DNA from: Catajapyx aquilonaris
Taxonomy: Eukaryota
Assembly: GCA_000934665.2 (NCBI GenBank)
Contig: JYFJ02003671.1
Span: 1-38,977 of the forward strand
DNA length: 38,977 nucleotides
Direction of reading: 5' to 3'
The position numbers and the translations under genes are program-made. Positions 11,835 through 23,185 of this stretch are shown here, piece after piece. Positions within the stretch are counted from its first letter, which is position 1. The number at the start of each line of letters is the position of its first letter. The notes beneath the pieces are model-generated. The model had not been told where the DNA came from. It was given only the letters and a program-made list of their open reading frames with translations, and did no database searches.

Positions 11835-12596
11835 CAGGGTTATTCAAAATGATCGCTACACTTTGATGAGGCCATAACTCGGTAAGAAATAACAATACAT
11901 GAAAGGGCTATGCACCAATCGAGAGGTAATATCTTCAAGTTTCATTTTGAATGGTGCACGACCGGTGTTTTGCTCATGCGCCGCAATGGGGACTGGGGAG
12001 CCACCGAGGCAAAATGGCGACGCCCCAGCAGAAGGCCTTCTGCATCCTGCATTTTGCCAGGACAAATTCCGCCACTGTGGTGCAACGACAGTTCTGGACG
12101 AGTTTCAAGAGTGATCCACCACCTCGATCATCCATCTGCAAGTGGTACAAGAAGTTTGAAGAGACAGGATGTGTGTGCTTGATTCGTCGATTTTCGTGGG
12201 CTCCGTACAAAAGCTTCTCTGATGCGGGTGACTGTGTCCTCTGATACCCGTGGACTTTTTTTTTTTGCACACACATCCTGTCTCTTCAAACTTCTTGTAC
12301 CACTTGCAGATGGATGATCGAGGTGGTGGATCACTCTTGAAACGCGTCCAGAACTGTCGTTGCCCCACAGTGGGGGAATTAGTCCTGGCGAACTGCAGAA
12401 GGCCTTCTGCTGGGGCGTCGCCATTTTGCCTCAGTGGCTCCCCAATGCGGCGCATGAGCAAAACACCCGTCGCGTGCCATTCAAAATGAAACTTGAAGAT
12501 ATGACCTCTCGATTGGTGCATAGCCCTTTCGTGTATTGTTATTTCCTACCGAGTTATGGCCTCGTCAAAGTGTAGCGATCATTTTGAATAACCCAG
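11835..12596. mobile_element. palindromic mariner derivative carrying the DUF4817/HTH 5' end in both arms
   Basis: CAGGGTTATTCAAAATGATCG termini, TA flanks, arms of about 340 bp. ATG at 12014 gives MATPQQKAFCILHFARTNSATVVQRQF...WYKKFEETGCV. The mirror copy starts at 12424 on the minus strand. Confidence 0.9.
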
Positions 12597-13121
12597 TACA
12601 TGTTTCTTACTAGTGGGACTTATGGCCCACAGGATAATTACTGGCCTGAAATAAGCCTAAAATGTAGGAGTACAAAATGTTAAGGCACCAAATGGTAATG
12701 GCCTACACAATTGACACACACATTTGCCTTCTCCTAAACACAATCAAACCATAATGTAGAAATTTGCAGGCAGTACAAGCTATGCACATGCAGAGCTTGC
12801 CTAGGGAGCAAGATTGTGATACCTGTTACAGCAAATACACTGCCTGTACTGCCTGCCAACTGCTGCAATGTCGGTGGCCATGACTGTCTTGGAGAAGGAA
12901 AGTGTTTCGCTCTGTCTAGGTCATTCCTGATTAGTCCCTTGGCATTTCTGATCCAGCTACATTTTGGATTTGATTGGGGCCAATGATTACACTGCCTGCT
13001 GGAATTTCCACTAGTACGCAGTACTCTCTATATTACCATCCTCATTTGAATAAGCATTTCTATGACCAAGGCATTACCTCCCTCCCCACAATTTCAACTG
13101 CAAAAAAACTAATGTACTTAC

Positions 13122-13691
13122 GCAGCCAAGTCCCAGTGAGCTAGCGAGATCAGTCGCCCAGTGCAGGTGTGGTGCAGCCCAGGCTCCTCCAACACCTATC
13201 CCCCCAACAGTACCTCCACCCTCAGCTTCCATGCCAGGGGGAGGTGCGCCCAAGGGACGCCCTTGTGCTACGAATGCCTCATAATGAGTTGCCTCCTGCT
13301 GTCCACCAAACTCAGCTGTAAATCTATCAGGAGCTGCAGCTGAAGTGGAAGAAGGAGCTCCTCCTGAAGATGAGGACAGTGTACCACCTGCTCCCCCTCC
13401 ACCACCATCCTGAATCAGATCAAATGGGATCCCATCTATGGGTAGTGCATTGAGGTTCTCTGCACTAATGACAACATCATGATAGTAGGCGCTGTTGTGT
13501 TTGAGCCACCGGAGCGCCTTCTCCACGGTGGCCCTGCGGACCCGAAGGTCCCTCAGGGAGTCTGAATTGCTGCTTCCAGAACTATTACGACGAGATGGTC
13601 TCATCTGTGCAATGTCAGCTGGAGACCGTGGAAGGTTTGATGCCACATACTCGCCTTGAAGATGAGTTCCACCACCTGCACCTGGATATAC
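13122..13691 (-). CDS. Gene 1 coding exon 3: DUF6570-like Helitron-associated domain plus Gly/Ser-rich linker
   Basis: Acceptor attgcag|GTA (phase 0). Reads VYPGAGG...LPRSPADI...DLRVRRATVEKALRWLKHNSAYYHDVVISAENLNALPIDG. Donor TGC|gtaagt (phase 0), with an alternative donor AG|gtaatg at 13078 (phase 2). Confidence 0.85.
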
Positions 13692-14427
13692 CTGCAATAT
13701 GCCCAAAGGCCAAAATCAGATCTGTAACTCCCTTGTAAATGGTGTCATAACAGTCATGTTGGCCTCACTGATGAATAAATCCAGCAGAGATTTAAGAAAT
13801 AATGTGAACTACCTCTGAGGGTCACTTGACAAAGAAAATATTGAACACTGTACTCCCGTTTATCCATGCTAATTAATTCACTGGGGGGGGNGGGGGGGGG
13901 GGAATAATAATAAAACACGCATGACCTGGAAATGGTCCTAGGTACCTTAACTCAGATATGCCGGGAAAAGTTTTTGTTGAATTTTGAACTTTTTTTCTTT
14001 CTATTAGTTCATTTAGTTCCCAAAACACAAAAACTGAGAAAAAGCATTTTCCTGAGTGCGTGTTTGCGAGAAAATGGCTGTTCCCTATAATTATGGGATG
14101 CTAGGAAATAAAAGGGATGATGACAGGCACATGGGCACCTTTCCATTTCAGGGTCGCAACAGTTCGCATCCGACCTATTGTGATTGACCCATTTGGCCGG
14201 TCACAACCCCGGCCGGCGCGGCAGATGACCTGTTTCCCATGGACGACCCTTTTTTCCCTCATTAATTGGTACATGGGCATTGGACCTAATATCAGCAGGT
14301 GCTATTCCAGATACTCGAGAAAGTAACTCTTAGCAAGTAGCTGCTTAGAAAGTAGCAGCTTATGCGATTTTTCCAATAACTGTTGGGGCGATCAAGTTGG
14401 ATCACCCTGTATGTGTGTGTGTTTATA

Positions 14428-14821
14428 CAGGGTGGACCAACTTCAAGTGTCGTTTTATAACGGCTATTAATAGAAGCGCTTTACGATTGACGTAGCAGAG
14501 ACGTGTAAAATGGCCCACTTCGGCGCCATCGAAAATATTAGCTGTGTTTCGTTTGCAGGCTTCCCCCTTGCATTACAGGTCCATGGTCCATCTGGTGCCT
14601 TGGGCGTCACCCATTTCACCCAGGCGCATCGCAGGTCATGTGTGCACCTCCATTTTTCCAGGTCGACCCAGCAGCAGGGTTGATTACATGTGTGCTGCTA
14701 TTGGCATCTAATATTTTCGATGGCGCCGAAGTGGGACATTTTACACGTCGCTGCTACGTCATCGCAAAATCACTGCTATTAATCGCCGTTATAAAACGAC
14801 ACTTGAAGTTGGTCCACCCTG
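14428..14821. mobile_element. mariner-type MITE (family B, internally deleted copy)
   Basis: TIR CAGGGTGGACCAACTTCAAGTGTCGTTTTATAACGGC with TA TSD. Longer copy in opposite orientation at 23572-24126. Confidence 0.9.
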
Positions 14822-15164
14822 TATATATAAACATACATACAGTAAAACTTCTATAAGTCGAAGAAAATGATGAGCTTGGTTGGTCACAATGTAAAATAAT
14901 AGGAAATAAAACTTTACAGGAAGCACTTTTGTTTAGACAATTGCATATTCTGACATGGGGTAGGGGTTATACGGGTACATGAGGGGAAGTCACTAGTTTC
15001 ATTTCTGTGGTTTTTGTCGCTTCTAATTATTTATTTTTCAAAGAACATATTTCCCACGTTGTTCCATAGCTATCTCAAAAGTGTCAAAAATACACATCCA
15101 ACATTGTTCCATCCCAGCATTCAATTTTTGCTTTGAAAATGGTAAGTTTTTGGAGAATCACCTG

Positions 15165-15357
15165 TATACATTACTTATAACACCTAATACAATGTACAAT
15201 AAATGCTAGATGTAAATAGTTGTTATACTGTATCATAGTGATAGCCCCATGGTAATCGCAAGTTTTGTTTTTTGGATCATTTTGCACATTTTTTTTTTTC
15301 GATCTATGGTTTGTTGAATTCACGAATATGATCCCACAGATTCAGAGGGACCTCTGC
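15165..15357 (+). mobile_element. Tigger/pogo-like 3' fragment
   Basis: TTATAACACCTAATACAATGTA...GTAAATAGTTGTTATACTGTAT...TTTCGATC..GTTGAAT..GAGGG resembles, from memory, Tigger4/Zombi-type 3' ends. Confidence 0.5.
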
Positions 15358-16009
15358 ACATCCCACTTTGATGAAAAAGATATGGTGAAGTGACTCATAT
15401 ATGTTTTGGGCATTGTTAGACTCCATTTATGAACACCTGTGCTGTAAATAAAGAGATGAGGCTTTCTGAAGGTAGCGTCATATTGAATAAGTTGATTTCT
15501 TAACTCAGGATTGGTCACTCAATCCTCAAATATTTAAATAAAATATTTAACAGATAATCTCTTACTCTGTAGTTTTCTGAATGCATTCTACCAAGATAGG
15601 GAAGCTGTGGATGCCCATTTAGCTTGAAATTAGATCTTTGATGCAAATGGTGAGTAGCAGGAACAATAAGAAAAATTTAAAAAGTAACTGCAAAAGATCT
15701 AAATCAACCAAGATATGGGGGGCAAGATATTGCTGCCATATTTTCTTATACCAAATTGCCACAGAAATCATTGCAACGTGCAGAACTTTTACCTTTAATG
15801 GTACAAGAGCCCAATTTCTTGAGTCATATCTTGTTTAAGAAAATTAACATTTAATAAAATTGAAGAGCTTGCCCATTGTAATACCCCATTCGAAGGGGTA
15901 TTTATGTTCTCATGCATCTGATTGCAGTATCATTGCTCCCAAGTTACAGTTGGATGACAGAGCAATGAATTCGTAACATTTCATTCCAAAATGGTTTTGT
16001 CCTATTCTA

Positions 16010-16285
16010 CAGGGTGGTCGGTTAATGCCTGGCAATGTCCCTGCAAGTATATACGGTTCCATTGTTTGGTGAAAATGTGGGGCATGTCAACATGGCAATG
16101 CCTGGAAACGCACCGCATACAGAAGGATACGGCAGTGTTTGAATTTCATGATTTGGCCCAAACTATGGAGGCCTCGTGAGCTCTAACCAGGCATCGTAGA
16201 GCAATAGGACCTTCACTTCCTTATACTGGTTTTTCACAAGGAATCTCGCTACCTGAAGCTTGTGCACCATTTACTGACCACCCTG
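16010..16285. mobile_element. mariner-type MITE
   Basis: CAGGGTGGTCGGTTAATG...CATTTACTGACCACCCTG with TA TSD, 22 nt from the exon 2 donor. Confidence 0.8.
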
Positions 16286-16307
16286 TATAAAAGAAGACTT
16301 AACTCAC

Positions 16308-17085
16308 CTTAACTACTGGTACACTCCTGGCTATGAGAAGCTTTTCTGCAGCACTGAGATCTCTGAGCTCAGGTGGTGCTGGAGATGCCTGGGAATCTTG
16401 CAGGAACCTTTCCACTCTACACTTAGGGCACACAAATCCAGGAGCAGCTCCACCACCTTCTAACTTGTGACCCACAGGCCAGGCCTCCTCACACACCACA
16501 CACTGCTGGCACAGTTCAGCTGGGCAACCCTCAGGACTATAACCCCAACCTCCCACTGAAGAGGATTCAGATTCAGAATTATTAGCCCCACCTCCCATTG
16601 CTTTTTTCCTACGTCGTTCTCGCTGTCTGATCCGATTTAAAGATCGGCGGCGCTCCTGTTCTTCTGGTGTTTCCATTCGACGTCGCTCTTGCTGACGAAT
16701 CCGATTCAAGGCACGGCGCCTTTCCTGCTCCTCTGGAGTCTCCTGGCTACGGCGCTTCCTCTGGCGTAAGCGATTGAGTAAGCGGCGCCTCTCCTGCTCT
16801 TCTGGTGTCTCCTGGCGACGCTTCTGTTTCTGGCGGAGGCAGTCCGACATCCGTCTCTGGCGCCGCTCTTCGGCGGTCTCGTCTTTACGGTAGTGGTGGC
16901 GACGGGGGTGGCGCACTGGCACTGTTGACCCTGAGGTCAATGAAGAGGTTGGAGATGGGGTTGAGTCCTTCTTTGCAGCTTCTCCACCTTCAGAAGATCC
17001 TGAAGGTGACCCCTCTCCCGCTATGACCTCTTTCCGGGACCACAGCAGGTTTTGGGGACGCCACGTTGACATTGGCACATTGCTC
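16308..17085 (-). CDS. Gene 1 coding exon 2: 4x23-aa STPR-type repeats, CxxC..CxxC motif, start of the DUF6570-like domain
   Basis: Acceptor gaacag|G (phase 2). Contains ETxEE...RR repeats, CVVCEEAW...CPKC and PAPPELRDLSAAEKLLIARSVPVVK. Donor AAG|gtgagt (phase 0). An alternative start ATG lies at 17072. Confidence 0.88.
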
Positions 17086-18036
17086 CTGTTCAACAACCCG
17101 ATATAAGGTGCTGTTATTGTTCTCAGGCATGATTAAGATACATGTTGATAAGAGGAAAAATAGAAGTCCTCAAGGGGTAGAAATGGAGGAGAAATGTTGA
17201 GGGACCAACCGGTAAAGAGATAGATAACCAGACACATTGGGCTGCCCCTTGACACATGCAGCAACACAAAACACCTTTTTGTAGGGAGATCGCCTGACCA
17301 ATGACCTACATACCTACAGTGGTTGCCTAGGAAGCAGGATATGAAGCATAATGATAATCATTACTGCACAGTGCAATTGTCTTCACATAGACCTACTCAG
17401 TTTTTCATCTACACGTTGTGAAGCCAATACTGTACAGATTACATTTTGTGGTGGGCTTGTGGTATCCTTTTCAGGACAGTGTTATAATCTTTTAAAAGTT
17501 GTCTTTTCTTTTGCTCTGCGTTTGGTGGCATCCATAAAGGCAACTGATCCATGTACTTTATAATTCCTATTTACATGGGAGTTAATAGAATTCTCTACTT
17601 TGGGTGTGCAAGGCACTGCCTAAAACCTCCTTCTGCTTTCAAGGTCTTGAAAATACTGTTTTAACTCATATTTTAACCCTTTACTGATACATGTCATAAT
17701 TATGTACTACGTATATCTCTATTATATGCGAAACTATTGCGGATTTCCCAGAAACAGTAGCCAATTTTGCATTTGCATTGTCATATTCGTGATTAGTACC
17801 TTGAAATCATTCAAAAATTGCTACTTTAATCTCAGAGTCTTGATTATCATTAACATCGCCATTAATACATGCTTTATATTCGTTTCACAGGGCTGGGTGA
17901 TAGTTAGAGAGGCTCTAGGAAAAGAGTCGCCTACTTCTGACATCACGTTGTCTCTGATTGGCTGGAGTAACCCACCCACAAAAATGTCAACATTGAGTTA
18001 AGCCCCGGAACATACACCCTAAGGATAGTAGCCTAC

Positions 18037-18038
<2 letters not shown>

Positions 18039-18071
<33 letters not shown>

Positions 18072-19027
18072 GTTGTAACCCCGTTTCAGGGCAGGGCCCT
18101 CTTGGGGGGACACAACTCTCAGATACAGATCATCACCCAATATAGCAGTACCCTTAAAAATAAATCCTTTTCCCCACATTATCAAAAAAATTAAATAGAC
18201 GGTATGCCACCTCTTTTGGCAGGTTCCCAAACAAAAGGTGGGTCTTGTCGGCTGGAAAAACCCTCAGATCTGACACAAAATTCTTCCTGGGCGTAATAAA
18301 GAAAGGGCAATTGTACAAGACATGATGCAATGAGAAAGTCTCGTGAGAGTTACACCAAGTACAGGGAAGTGTATCATCGAAAACAATTTTCCGGCCGCGT
18401 ATATAATTATATTGAGGGGGATTGGTTTCTGAGGTTGGCCATCAGCCTTGTGATAGGCAGTGGTAAACAAAAGGCCAAATACCAAGGCGGAGATGATTCC
18501 GGGACTAGATCCCGATAATGAACATATCGGGTTGAACGAGTTAGTGCCAGGTGACTAGCACTTAAAATACGTTCCTCATAAACTTGAATGCCCGCACCCA
18601 ATGAGAGTTCCAGTAATTCCAAGTCATCACAGCCCACTTCCGATAACTCTCGGTATACCCTACTATACCAGTTCAGGCTTGGGGATGTAGCCGCCACCTG
18701 GTTTTTGGAACTAAGGTATGCCAGTTTCTGGAGCCGGGATGTAGGAAGGTTGGTCAGCTTTATCAGTTGTTTGCCTATCAATCTCAGGGCTCTTCCAGAA
18801 AGTGGTCTAATGCCTAGTTCCAGCCTTAGAAAATAATTTGCCGTGTTGGATGGGAGCTGGAGAAACCTCTTCAAGAAATAATTTTGAACCTGATCAAATA
18901 TCTGTGAGTGCCTAATTCCCCAGACCTGGGCTCCGTATAGAATTGTGGGAGCAATTTGGGCGTCAAACAGCCTACGTGCTACCTGAACGTCCCGGACTTT
19001 CAGGCGTAGCATTGTATTCCACAGGCA
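18039..19027 (-). mobile_element. 5'-truncated LINE (RTEX/L2-like ORF2 C-terminus)
   Basis: LFDAQIAPTILYGAQVWG...FLKRFLQLP..T.N..LRLELG, then after a frameshift a CCHC motif CTWC...HVLYNC. (TAAA)n tail. 14-bp TSD ATAGTAGCCTACTT at 18025-18038 and 19028-19041. Confidence 0.9.
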
Positions 19028-19211
19028 ATAGTAGCCTACTTCATTCAGTTAAAATCAAGGTGCCGAAATCTGCATACTTCTGTTAGGCTATAGGTGTTTT
19101 AGGGTGTAATTTGAAATAATACGTTGTGGATTGGAAGAAAATGCGATTTTATAGCTCAGCATGAGAATGACAAGTCAGTCGCTAGTCATGTCTACCGTAA
19201 CTCCTTGTAGG

Positions 19212-19994
19212 AGGTGGGCATGGTGGTCTAGTGCAGGGGTATTCGACTAGTTTATGACAAGGTCGAGTATTTACCTTTCCTGGGCCATTGAAGGTCCGGA
19301 CCCCCCCCCCCCCCNAAATAAATTATATAGATTTTATATGGTACCACAGGGTTCATATTTGAAAATAGAAACATGTGCAGCAAGGGTAGAAGGGCCTATC
19401 AAGACAGGGCATATTAAGACATTTTCGCCCTTTATGATGTCCTATACAGGCGCGCAGGCAGAAGAATTTCGGAGGGGGGCCCATTTCGTAAGCACAAGGT
19501 GAACAAGCCGTCAAGGGCTGGGGGTGGGGGGGCTGTTCAAGGTCACATGAGCTTAGGTGAATGTGGGAGATTTGAATTGGTGTGTATTTGATGAAATTGG
19601 TAGCTCTTTTTTCCAAAAAATCATGAATTAGTGATTTATCATGCTATTTCAAACTGTCCTGTATATTGTCGCGGTCCGGACAACATTGCGTCACGGTCCG
19701 CATCCGGACCGCAGTCCGCCAGTTGAATAGCCCTGGTCTAGTGGTTATGCTACTGGCCAGCCAAGCTGGAGGTCCGGGGTTCAAATCCCGTCACCTTCGC
19801 TTGGTAGGGTATTCTTCCCCTTTTCACCTGACATGTCCGGGCAGAATTGCATGCCATTCTCTGCCCAGGGCCAAGAGAAAAGGTCTGGTATTTAAGAGGG
19901 TCAGAAATGGCTATTTAAAGAGGGCCCTCCCTTGGGAACCTCCCCTTCCCCCACTAAGAGGACACTTGGCCTCATCACAGAGTATTACTAAACA
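19212..19994 (+). mobile_element. tRNA-derived SINE interrupted by a hAT MITE
   Basis: Reconstructed A-box GGTGGTCTAGTGG and B-box GGTTCAAATCCC. 13-bp TSD AACTCCTTG(T/C)AGG at 19199-19211 and 19995-20007. Confidence 0.8.
19234..19735. mobile_element. hAT MITE
   Basis: Termini CAGGGGTATTCGACT / AGTTGAATAGCCCTG. Perfect 8-bp TSD GTCTAGTG at 19226-19233 and 19736-19743. Confidence 0.9.
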
Positions 19995-20197
19995 AACTCC
20001 TTGCAGGCTCTGGATAAGAATATTGTTGCATCATTAGACCCATGCAGCTGCAACATATCAAATCACCAATTACAGCAATTACAGTAGCGACCGACTTGTC
20101 ATTCTAATGCTGAGCTATTAAATCACTTTTTATTCTAATCCGCACAATGTATTATTTCAAATGACATCCTAACACCTTTCACCTAGCACCCCATTTA

Positions 20198-20479
20198 CAG
20201 TGCTGGACATTAATTACGTCGTACTGCTAGCGACATTTTCCAACACGGCAGAAGAACACATCAAAGGTGCATCGAAGTGTTGGGAGTGCTAAGAAGTGGT
20301 CGGCCCCGGGTGACGTTATCGTCGGGGACAATCAAGAAGAAGGCTTGCACCCGGTCAGTGACGTCACCTGGGGTCTACCACTTCTTACTCACAAGGTTTG
20401 CACTCCATCACTTCAATGCACCTTCGATGTGTTCTTCTGCCACTTCGGAAAATGTCGCTAGCAGTCATGTCCAGCACTG
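20198..20479. mobile_element. Tc1/mariner-type MITE (family A, copy 2)
   Basis: CAGTGCTGGACAT...ATGTCCAGCACTG with TA TSD. The right TIR has a small deletion. Confidence 0.85.
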
Positions 20480-20629
20480 TACAGTACACATCATTTCTTC
20501 CACTTGATCACTAAAAACAGTTAAAATAAAAATATGTAAAAAATTATTTTTAAGAACACGCTTTATATTTCAAAGTGCACTAAAAATCAGTAAATAAATT
20601 TTTCCTGTAATCTTCAGCTTTCTCTTTTA

Positions 20630-21792
20630 TAATTGAACCTCGGAATCGGAAAACAGGCTAAGTGGACTTCAAAATGACTTGGCACTTATGCACTTGTTGC
20701 TCTGAGCCTCGCTGTACGCCAAACGGAGCGTCGCAGGCGCACCAAACTCGGGTGGTAGGTGTGCCTGGCGAATCCATGACGATACAAGGTGTCAGAAATC
20801 CGATACGAGTAACGAGTGACGAATGGGAGCGGTGTCTTTGACCCCCCACCCTCTGGACACCCCCGTAAAGTTAACCTGTTTTCCGACTCCCATGCGAGTT
20901 CGAGGCCACGTTGACCCCTCTGCAGGTCACAGTGATTGTCACACCTGGGTAAAAAAAATTTGTATTTTTCTTGCGGCGAATGCGTACCTATCCCCGGTAT
21001 CACGATACCGATAGGACAAACGAGTCAAATGCGGCACTGGTTTATCTGATCCCCCTCCTGGGATGTCGCCTATAGTGCAGTAGATTATACTTGGTGTAGG
21101 TATGTGTACACAACATGCACGCCTATGTACTGTACACAACCGGTTGGCGACACCATTAGCAACACCATTAGCAACATGCAGCAGCACATGTTGTACATTG
21201 TAGCCTACGCAATTATGTGATATCTGATGCGGCTTTGGTATAACAAGCAGTTCCACACGACATATATTGATGTTTCCAGTTACTTTTATTGACCATATTC
21301 CTTTATCTGTTTTAAGATGTATCTACACTAAAAAGAAGGCATTGGAATCGGAAATAAAAAAGGGATGGGGGTAAGAAAAACCAGTGCCGCATTTGACTCG
21401 TTTGTGCTATCGGTATCGTGATACCGGGGATAGGTACGCATTCGCCGCAAGAAAAATACCAAATTTTTTTTACCCAGGTGCGACAATCACTGTGACCTGC
21501 AGAGGGGTCAACGTGGCCTCGAACTCGCATGGGAGTCGGAAAACAGGTTAACTTTACGGGGGTGTCCAGAGGGTGGGGGGTCAAAGACACCGCTCCCATT
21601 CGTCACTCGTTACTCGTATCGGATTCCTGACACCTTGTATCGTCATGGATTCGCCAGGCGCACCTACCACCCGAGTTTGGTGCGCCTGCGACGCTCCGTT
21701 TGGCGTACAGCAAGGCTCAGAGCAACAAGTGCATAAGTGCCAAGTCATTTTGATGTCCACTTAGCCTGTTTTCCGATTCCGAGGTTCAATTA
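20630..21792. mobile_element. foldback element with about 414-bp near-identical inverted arms
   Basis: 20630-21043 is reverse-complementary to 21378-21792. Mirror ORFs in the track confirm this. Confidence 0.9.
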
Positions 21793-21793
21793 A

Positions 21794-22275
21794 GGGGGCG
21801 CATTAGTAAAAATACGGTAGGCGCATTTTTGAGGGAATTTTATTTTTTGTGGCGAAACGCACCGTTAATCGGAAAAATCACGACGACCGTGCCCTGCGCA
21901 AAGGTTTGGCCTTTACTATGGTACCATACTCGATATGATTGCATTAAAATTGTGGACATATGGGCGCAGAAGCGTTCCCGACTTTGTCGCGTTCCTGCCG
22001 CCATGTTATTCAAATGGGCTTTTCGGGAACGCCATTTTCCTTTCACTTCAACTCGATGAAAAGGTCACTTCTAGGCCGAAAATGGTAAAATGACGACGAA
22101 GGTGCCCTGCGCCAGATCATGTCCTATTTTTTGGTGTAATTTTTGTGTCCATTGCAGAAGCGTAGACATGTCGAATCCCCATATGCTGTCCATGCATACG
22201 CGAGTTTGTTTACGTGGTCGCCAAGGGCTCGCATTGTTACCGATTGTTACCGTATTTTTTTGCTAATGCGCCCCC
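21794..22275. mobile_element. TTAA-flanked MITE (Kolobok-like)
   Basis: TTAA|GGGGGCGCATTAGTAAAAATACGGTA...TACCGTATTTTTTGCTAATGCGCCCCC|TTAA. G-starting termini argue against piggyBac. Confidence 0.75.
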
Positions 22276-23097
22276 TTAACTAAACAGAAGAATATTATTC
22301 CTTTTCTTCTGTGGTGTTCAGCTATTTCAGTATTGTTTTGCTTTACTTATATTCCTGATATAAAATTTGGAGTCCCGGAAATTGCATGTGGCTATGCTGT
22401 TATGCTACGCAATTGGCATTTTTGTAATCCTCCCATCAAAATCAATAAAGGAACATCAAAATATTGAGATCAACACAAAAATGTGCAAATTTCGTTACAC
22501 TGTGTTACCATTTCCATATCCTGCTCCGTTGACAACCACTGCAGGTGTGTGGTTCATCTGTCAGGCAATCTCCCTACAAAATGGTGTTATGTGTATTGGT
22601 GACAACCCTAATCTCACTTCCAAAAATTCATTATGTATTTGGGCCTAAGTGACTACGGATATGCTAAAATGCAACAGAGTGGTGCAATGTGATACTGTGC
22701 AATCATAGACTTCCCCCCTAAGTCAGCAAATGGGCAGGTTACAACCTTCAGGCTATAGAGCAATTCCACGATAATGTCAACCTGGCAGGGGTTAGAAAAA
22801 ATTTATTGTAGGAGAAAATATCTTGCTCTGCGAGTCAATTTGTTATATGAAAACACTGTTCTGGCAATGGACCCTGCATAAGAAAGTGTCACAACCTCAT
22901 ATAATTCACAGGAATTTCACATAATGTAATAAACCCCTTCCTGTAAGGCTGTTTTAATTATGTAACATCCGTAACGCGTACAAAAACCCTACTGTCCCTC
23001 TTGTGTGCATATGTAGGTGATCGTAGCATAGAACATACGGAAGTACAGATTCTTATGGTTTCTCTGGCCATACCCATTACATCATCACTTGCATGTA

Positions 23098-23185
23098 CTA
23101 TGGGCGCCAAAAGAATTGACCGGCGTTGATGGGTATATAGCGCCATATACCCATCAACTCCGGTCAATTCTTTTGGCGCCCATAG
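23098..23185. mobile_element. 88-bp near-perfect hairpin MITE
   Basis: TA|CTATGGGCGCCAAAAGAATTGACCGG...CCGGTCAATTCTTTTGGCGCCCATAG|TA. Confidence 0.8.

Larger units (their letters stand above)
19092..20177. mobile_element. inverted-repeat element hosting nested insertions
   Basis: 19092-19182 is reverse-complementary to 20085-20177. Confidence 0.65.

Noticed and set aside
11856..12575. Cluster of overlapping ORFs as real genes
   Set aside because: They are mirror-image frames of a palindromic mariner derivative, with no DDD catalytic domain.
13884..13902. G-run as a functional G-quadruplex (also the C-run near 19301-19315)
   Set aside because: These are homopolymers containing an N inside repeats, so their length is unreliable.
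13074..17096. Autonomous Helitron
   Set aside because: No HUH Rep motifs, PIF1 helicase motifs or enclosing termini are visible. The frame continues into low-complexity linker and zinc-finger sequence.
20658..21764. Duplicated 63-aa ORFs as small paralogous genes
   Set aside because: They arise from the inverted arms of the foldback element.
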